A stretch of DNA of 64,000 nt from Chrysomallon squamiferum (lineage: Eukaryota; Animalia; Mollusca). The stretch lies in contig CM022672.1 of the NCBI GenBank assembly GCA_012295275.1, positions 35,526,001 to 35,590,000 of the forward strand, given 5' to 3'. Made by a program: the position numbers and the translations under genes. The first letter of the stretch is position 1; each line of letters begins with the position of its first letter. The notes below the pieces were generated by a model. The model searched no databases. It saw only the letters and a program-made list of their open reading frames with translations, and had not been told where the DNA came from. Shown here one piece after another: positions 58,801-64,000 of the stretch.

Positions 58801-61800
58801 CATTCAAAAACATCAGTGTTAAATGTTTACATATAAAAACATCAGTGTTAAATGTTTACATTCAAAAACACATCAGTGTTAAATGTTTACATATAAAAAC
58901 ATCAGTGTTAAATGTTTACATATAAAAACATCAGTGTTAAATGTTTACATTCAAAAACATCAGTGTTAAACGTTTACATTCAAAAACACATCAGTGTTAA
59001 ATGTTTACATATAAAAACATCAGTGTTAAATGTTTACATATAAAAACAGTGTTAAATGTTTACATTCAAAAACATCAGTGTTAAATGTTTACATATAAAA
59101 ACATCAGTGTTAAATGTTTACATTCAAAAACACATCAGTGTTAAATGTTTACATTCAAAAACATCAGTGTTAAATGTTTACATTCAAAAACACATCAGTG
59201 TTAAATGTTTACATTCAAAAACACATCAGTGTTAAATGTTTACATGCAAAAACTGTTATGAGTATTAATATTATTTGTTTACAAACAAAAAATATCAGTT
59301 TTATCTGTTTATAAACAAAAATTATCGGTATTAAGTGTTCACATATAAAAGTTATTATCAGTATTATGTGTTTACATATAAAAATTATTATCTGTTTACA
59401 AACAAAAATTAACATCAGTATTATGTGTTTACATATAAAAATTATTATCTGTTTACAAACAAAAATTATCATCAGTGTTATCAGTTTACAAATAAAAATT
59501 ATTATCAGTATTATGTGTTTACAATTTAACATTATTGTCAGTGTTTATTTTATAGTAGTTGATGATTTCAGGTACAAAATTTATTAAAGATAATTTTTTT
59601 TTTTCATAAAATTAATTCTTGATGAAGATTCCATTGGGAGAGGTGTGTGATAATTAATCTGCCTATTCACTGTAATAATCCAGCCTTCTTGTTCACTTTT
59701 TTCATAACAGAGAAGTGTTGTATTATTCTTCTTTATAATGTAATATTATTTCTTTTTCAACAGTAATAATGTTTTGTGTAAGTTCCATTACAGTGAACGC
59801 TAACAAGAATGATAATTATGCCAAGTTTTATTTCAATCCCACATCTTTGTTTCAGGTTTCTGTTTTGTTTTGCAACCCAATCCATACTTCAATGGTTCCT
59901 TGCAAATATTTTCTTGAAGGAAAATGTCTGTATGAAGATAATGAATGCAGGTAGGTAAGGTTGACTTTATAGAACGAATTATACAGTGAAATGTAACAAC
60001 AAAGGAGTACAGTTTAAAAAGTCCTGATTTCATCCTGTTCATGGTGAACTGATGCTGTGATTCCTTCTAGTGATGTTACAAAGAAATACAGCTATCAATC
60101 GACTTGATGCCAGTTTGTAAAGGGGTTGACATGACAGTTTTTGAATGCTCTGAAAATGTATAGTAGATATTTTATTTTCCAACTGTATCAACAGTAATAA
60201 CAGGTCATTTTAAACAGCAAAACAATAACAGAGATTTATTTATATATTCAAGGTACACATTAAAATGTAAACAGATAATAAAAATGGTTTCAAAATCTAA
60301 ATTTTCTTTTCTTTCTACAGTTGAGTGATAACTGCTTTGTTTTTAAAGTCTGCAGGGTACAGTTAGACACTGCTGCACTGTGTACTGATCAAATAAAAGT
60401 TTGATACAGTAAAATATTTCATTTCAGATTTTCTCATGGACATTTGGTGGATGTTGAAGATTTGCGGGAATTTAAAGATCCAGACTTCAGGTAAATTAAA
60501 TTTTGTTTAATTTATACTATACTACACTACTGCTACTACTATTACTACTACTAATAATAATAGTAATAGTAATAAATCTAAAATTTGGTAAGTAATTGTT
60601 TTGGTTTTGGTCATACATAATTTTAAAAATAAGTTTTGATTTCATAAAATGGTAAGAATATTTAAATACTAATCACAGTTATTATTATTATTATTATAAT
60701 GTTTAAAGTGTTTTAGGTATTGCATTGATGAATTAATTATTATCTGTTAATTTTCAGTGATGGTATATATATTTCTAAAATGATGAATAAAATATACATA
60801 GAATTTGTGCAGTTAAGAGCATTTCTTAAAATCTTGACTGACTCATTCATTCAAATGCATAGATTATTATTCCTTTGTTAGACATATATTGTAACTGAGT
60901 TTGAGATAAGTTTGAACAGTTTATTTATTTATTTATTTATTTGTTTGTTTGTTTATTTGTTTATTTATTTATTTTTCACTCAGCAAGCTGGGTGTGGACT
61001 CGAGGTGTCTGGTTGTACAAGAAGATGGGGTGTGGTACCCTGCCACGGTGACAGACATTTTGAACAATGGACAGACTCTGAGTGTTTTGTTTGACTCCAC
61101 CCATAAACTGGAAACTACACAAATCCAAAACGTCATGCCTCTTGGTAAGTCTGCTTAATTTACTTAAATAAAATTCTGAATTTTTTTTTTTAAGAATTAT
61201 ATTCAATTTTAAAATAGTTTTAAATTGTGAATGAAAAATGATAAGTCTTCATGCATTCATTCATTGTCAAGTATTATTTCTCCATAACATCAAACTGCTT
61301 TCATTGGTGATCTCATTGTCTTGCTGTTGAATAAAGAGTTATCTTCTCATTTCCTCTAAAAATATAAAAACAATTCTGTCTGTCTGTCTGTGTATGTCTG
61401 TGCACACAATGCAGAGAAAATGGCATTTGTTTTCTGTCACTTTTGTGGTGGATCTTGCATGAAAGCTGTATAATGTTTTTTTCAAACAAAACTGATTTCA
61501 TTTAACAGCTCTGATTTATTGCCAACATTTATATTCTAACCACTCAGTTATAAAAATAATTTTTCATGTCTGAAACAGTCCTCCATAATCTTCCATTTTC
61601 ATTATGACATTTATAAAAAAAACTTTTACCACCACTGAAATTGCTTTGAGTCTGCTATTATGATTAACCTCTATGTAGATGTTTATAAGTGTATTCCTTT
61701 TCAGTGAATAATAAATTTCAGGAAACCACAAATTCCTGAAGCTAATTTTAAATGAAAATATTTAAAAAAGTAATTTTGTAAAGTGTGCATGTGAGCATGC

Positions 61801-63355
61801 TCAGAAGAAAACAAATCTGTTTTAATAAATAACATCCACAATTCTGAGATCTATTTAGAATTTAGATTTTTGAAATATAATTCTTATTGCCCATAGTCTA
61901 AATGGATTAAAAATAAAATAATATATTTGTTGTTTGCTTTATGAAAGATATATTTTTATATAATAATAATAATAATAATAAATAATAATATAAAAATTTA
62001 AAGGAAAATAATTCAGTTTATTCTTTAAGTGTGGTTGTTCTGTACTAGTCTGTTTGTTGTTGTTTTCTATTAGTCTGTTTGTTGTTGTTTTGTACTAGTC
62101 TGTTTGTTGTTGTTTTCTACTAGTCTGTTTGTTGTTATTTTAGAATCTGCAGACTCCTCTCAAAGTTCAGACTCGTCTGACTCAGACAGTGAGTGTGATG
62201 ACACAGTGAATTACATACTACAGCCTCCTAGCACAACACAGGAGCTGTTTGCAGATTGGGAAAAACACACCACGGTACATTACACATTCTGTAATTTGTA
62301 AATAATTCTAATTTCACAACCTTTAGAAATAAATTGTTTCTTCATTGTGTGTGTTATTTGACTTAACAGTATAAAAAATATATATATAAATAAAAGTAAA
62401 TATTCAGTGGCAAACCTAGTGTTGACTAAAGACAGATGTTTTGGTCACATTTAAAGATTTTTTTCTAGTTCATTAAGTTTATTATTTGCAGGGAATAGGT
62501 TCAAAACTGATGATAAAAATGGGTTATGTTATGGGTCAAGGACTTGGGACCAAAGGTGAAGGTCGAGCAGAACCTGTGCCAATGTTAGTCTTGCCTCCAG
62601 GTAAACTACTTTGTTGTTTTGTATTTTCAAATTTATTTGGTTATTATTATTATTTAAATAACCTTTTTCTTCTGATCTGTTATAGATCCACATATAGTTT
62701 TATTATATATTATTGTATAGTATTTGCTAACTATGGGAAGGTTCTTGCAAAAGACTGCTTGTTGCTGATCAAAAGTAAATAAGCAACAGATGACTTGAAT
62801 ATCTGTAAATGCAATAACTAAAATATGTTTTTATTTTAAATATTTCATTTTGTGTTTCTTAAAAATTTCTTTATTTAAACTTTTCTCTCCCAGTCTCTGA
62901 GTGCTAAAACACGATACATTCTTGACTGTACTTGCTGTGTAATGAATTAGATTGTTAAATACGATACATTCTTGACTGTACTTGCTGTGTAATGAATTAG
63001 CTAAAACACGATACATTCTTGACTGTACTTGCTGTGTAATGAATTAGATTGTTAAATACGATACATTCTTGACTGTACTTGCTGTGTAATGAATTAGCTA
63101 AAACACGATACATTCTTGACTGTACTTGCTGTGTAATGAATTAGATTGTTACTGATACCTCAAATACTATTACTACAGGTAAATCATTAGACAAAATCAT
63201 GGAAATAAAGGCGAGGGCTGGCAACAAGGACATGTTTGATGTGATGAAGAAGATGGAGAAGAAGAAGAAAGTGGAAGAGAAGAAACAAGCAGAAACAAAA
63301 CGAACAACACAAAACATTTTTGACTTCATTAACAGCAAGCTGCACGGCAAGAAAG
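55816..63355 (+). CDS. ZGPAT: Zinc finger CCCH-type with G-patch domain protein, first 10 coding exons (3' end beyond the window)
   Basis: Exons 55816-55863, 56971-57067, 57817-57902, 58235-58444, 59856-59950, 60428-60490, 60984-61144, 62144-62274, 62492-62600, 63179-63355, with consistent phases. Motifs: MDVTNLESSLEQYRSQL; APFSHSWGELDYHNALI; CCCH CKYFLEGKCLYEDNECRFSH; Tudor-like DGVWYPATV; WEKHTTGIGSKLMIKMGYVMGQGLG (G-patch); NIFDFINSKL. Confidence 0.92.
58455..59245. repeat. 26-31-bp minisatellite just after the ZGPAT exon-4 donor
   Basis: Unit aaaacatcagtgttaaatgtttacattca, with a decaying tail to ~59530. Confidence 0.9.
62903..63150. repeat. ~50-bp tandem repeat (5 units) upstream of ZGPAT exon 10
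   Basis: acgatacattcttgactgtacttgctgtgtaatgaattag recurs with alternating linkers. Confidence 0.88.
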
Positions 63356-63392
63356 GTAATAATTTTATTTTATTTTAATATGTCAAAATTAT

Positions 63393-63463
<71 letters not shown>

Positions 63464-64000
63464 CTCTCCTGTATGAAAGTTATCAATCTTTTAGTTTCCT
63501 TTTTTTGATGATCGTTGAATTGAAAGCTGTAAAATCAAGTTTTGTTATGAATTTATGTAACTGTATAAGATGAATGCGACCTAAATTTTTTTTTTTTTTA
63601 TCTAACTTTGAAGATCACCAATTTTGTTGATATGTAAAGGAGTGTACAACACTTGTTTATTGTATTGTTTGTCACTGAAGTTAATAAAGTTAGATTTTTC
63701 TTTCCTTCATTTAAACTGACATTTGACTACTTGTGGAATGGTTTTAGACATTCAGAATCAAGGTTGACAGCTGTGTTTTGTTCACATGGTTACTGTCTCC
63801 TCTGAGAATCATCTAACAGTAATACACTAGAAATAGTCAGAATGGGTGGAAAAGAGCTAAAAGTTAATAATAGTTTTTTTAAATCTGAATGGCCGATGTA
63901 GGTAATAAACATGAATGTACTGTAAACAGATAACTGTCAAATGTACTGTCACTTTTTCTCTGTCACTTGAGTTGTCTCCCTTACTAGAAACATTATTTTT

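Overview
AT-rich, microsatellite- and minisatellite-rich animal genomic DNA (invertebrate, possibly a mollusc; this is inference only) with spliceosomal introns. Most of the supplied ORFs are repeat artefacts. Two real genes sit head-to-head, about 1.1 kb apart. (1) On the minus strand is an AK5-like adenylate kinase that I assembled by hand into 29 coding exons (ATG 54717 to TAG 18149, about 1192 aa). It has an AK5-type N-terminal docking segment and FIVE tandem AK domains, of which the first looks catalytically degenerate. (2) On the plus strand are the first 10 coding exons of ZGPAT (CCCH finger, Tudor, G-patch), which runs off the window end. A second intact copy of the five exons of AK domain 5 plus its 3' UTR lies downstream at about 3250-9620. 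The most unusual features are: tandem arrays built from the gene's own splice junctions (up to ~33 near-identical decoy acceptors in front of one exon), an internal alternative first exon encoding [11 protein letters not shown] with an X-box-like site upstream, patchy sequence homogenisation between domains 3 and 4, a GC-AG intron, and a 31-bp-phased CTGATTGG (CCAAT) array. All gene models are manual and lack transcript support.
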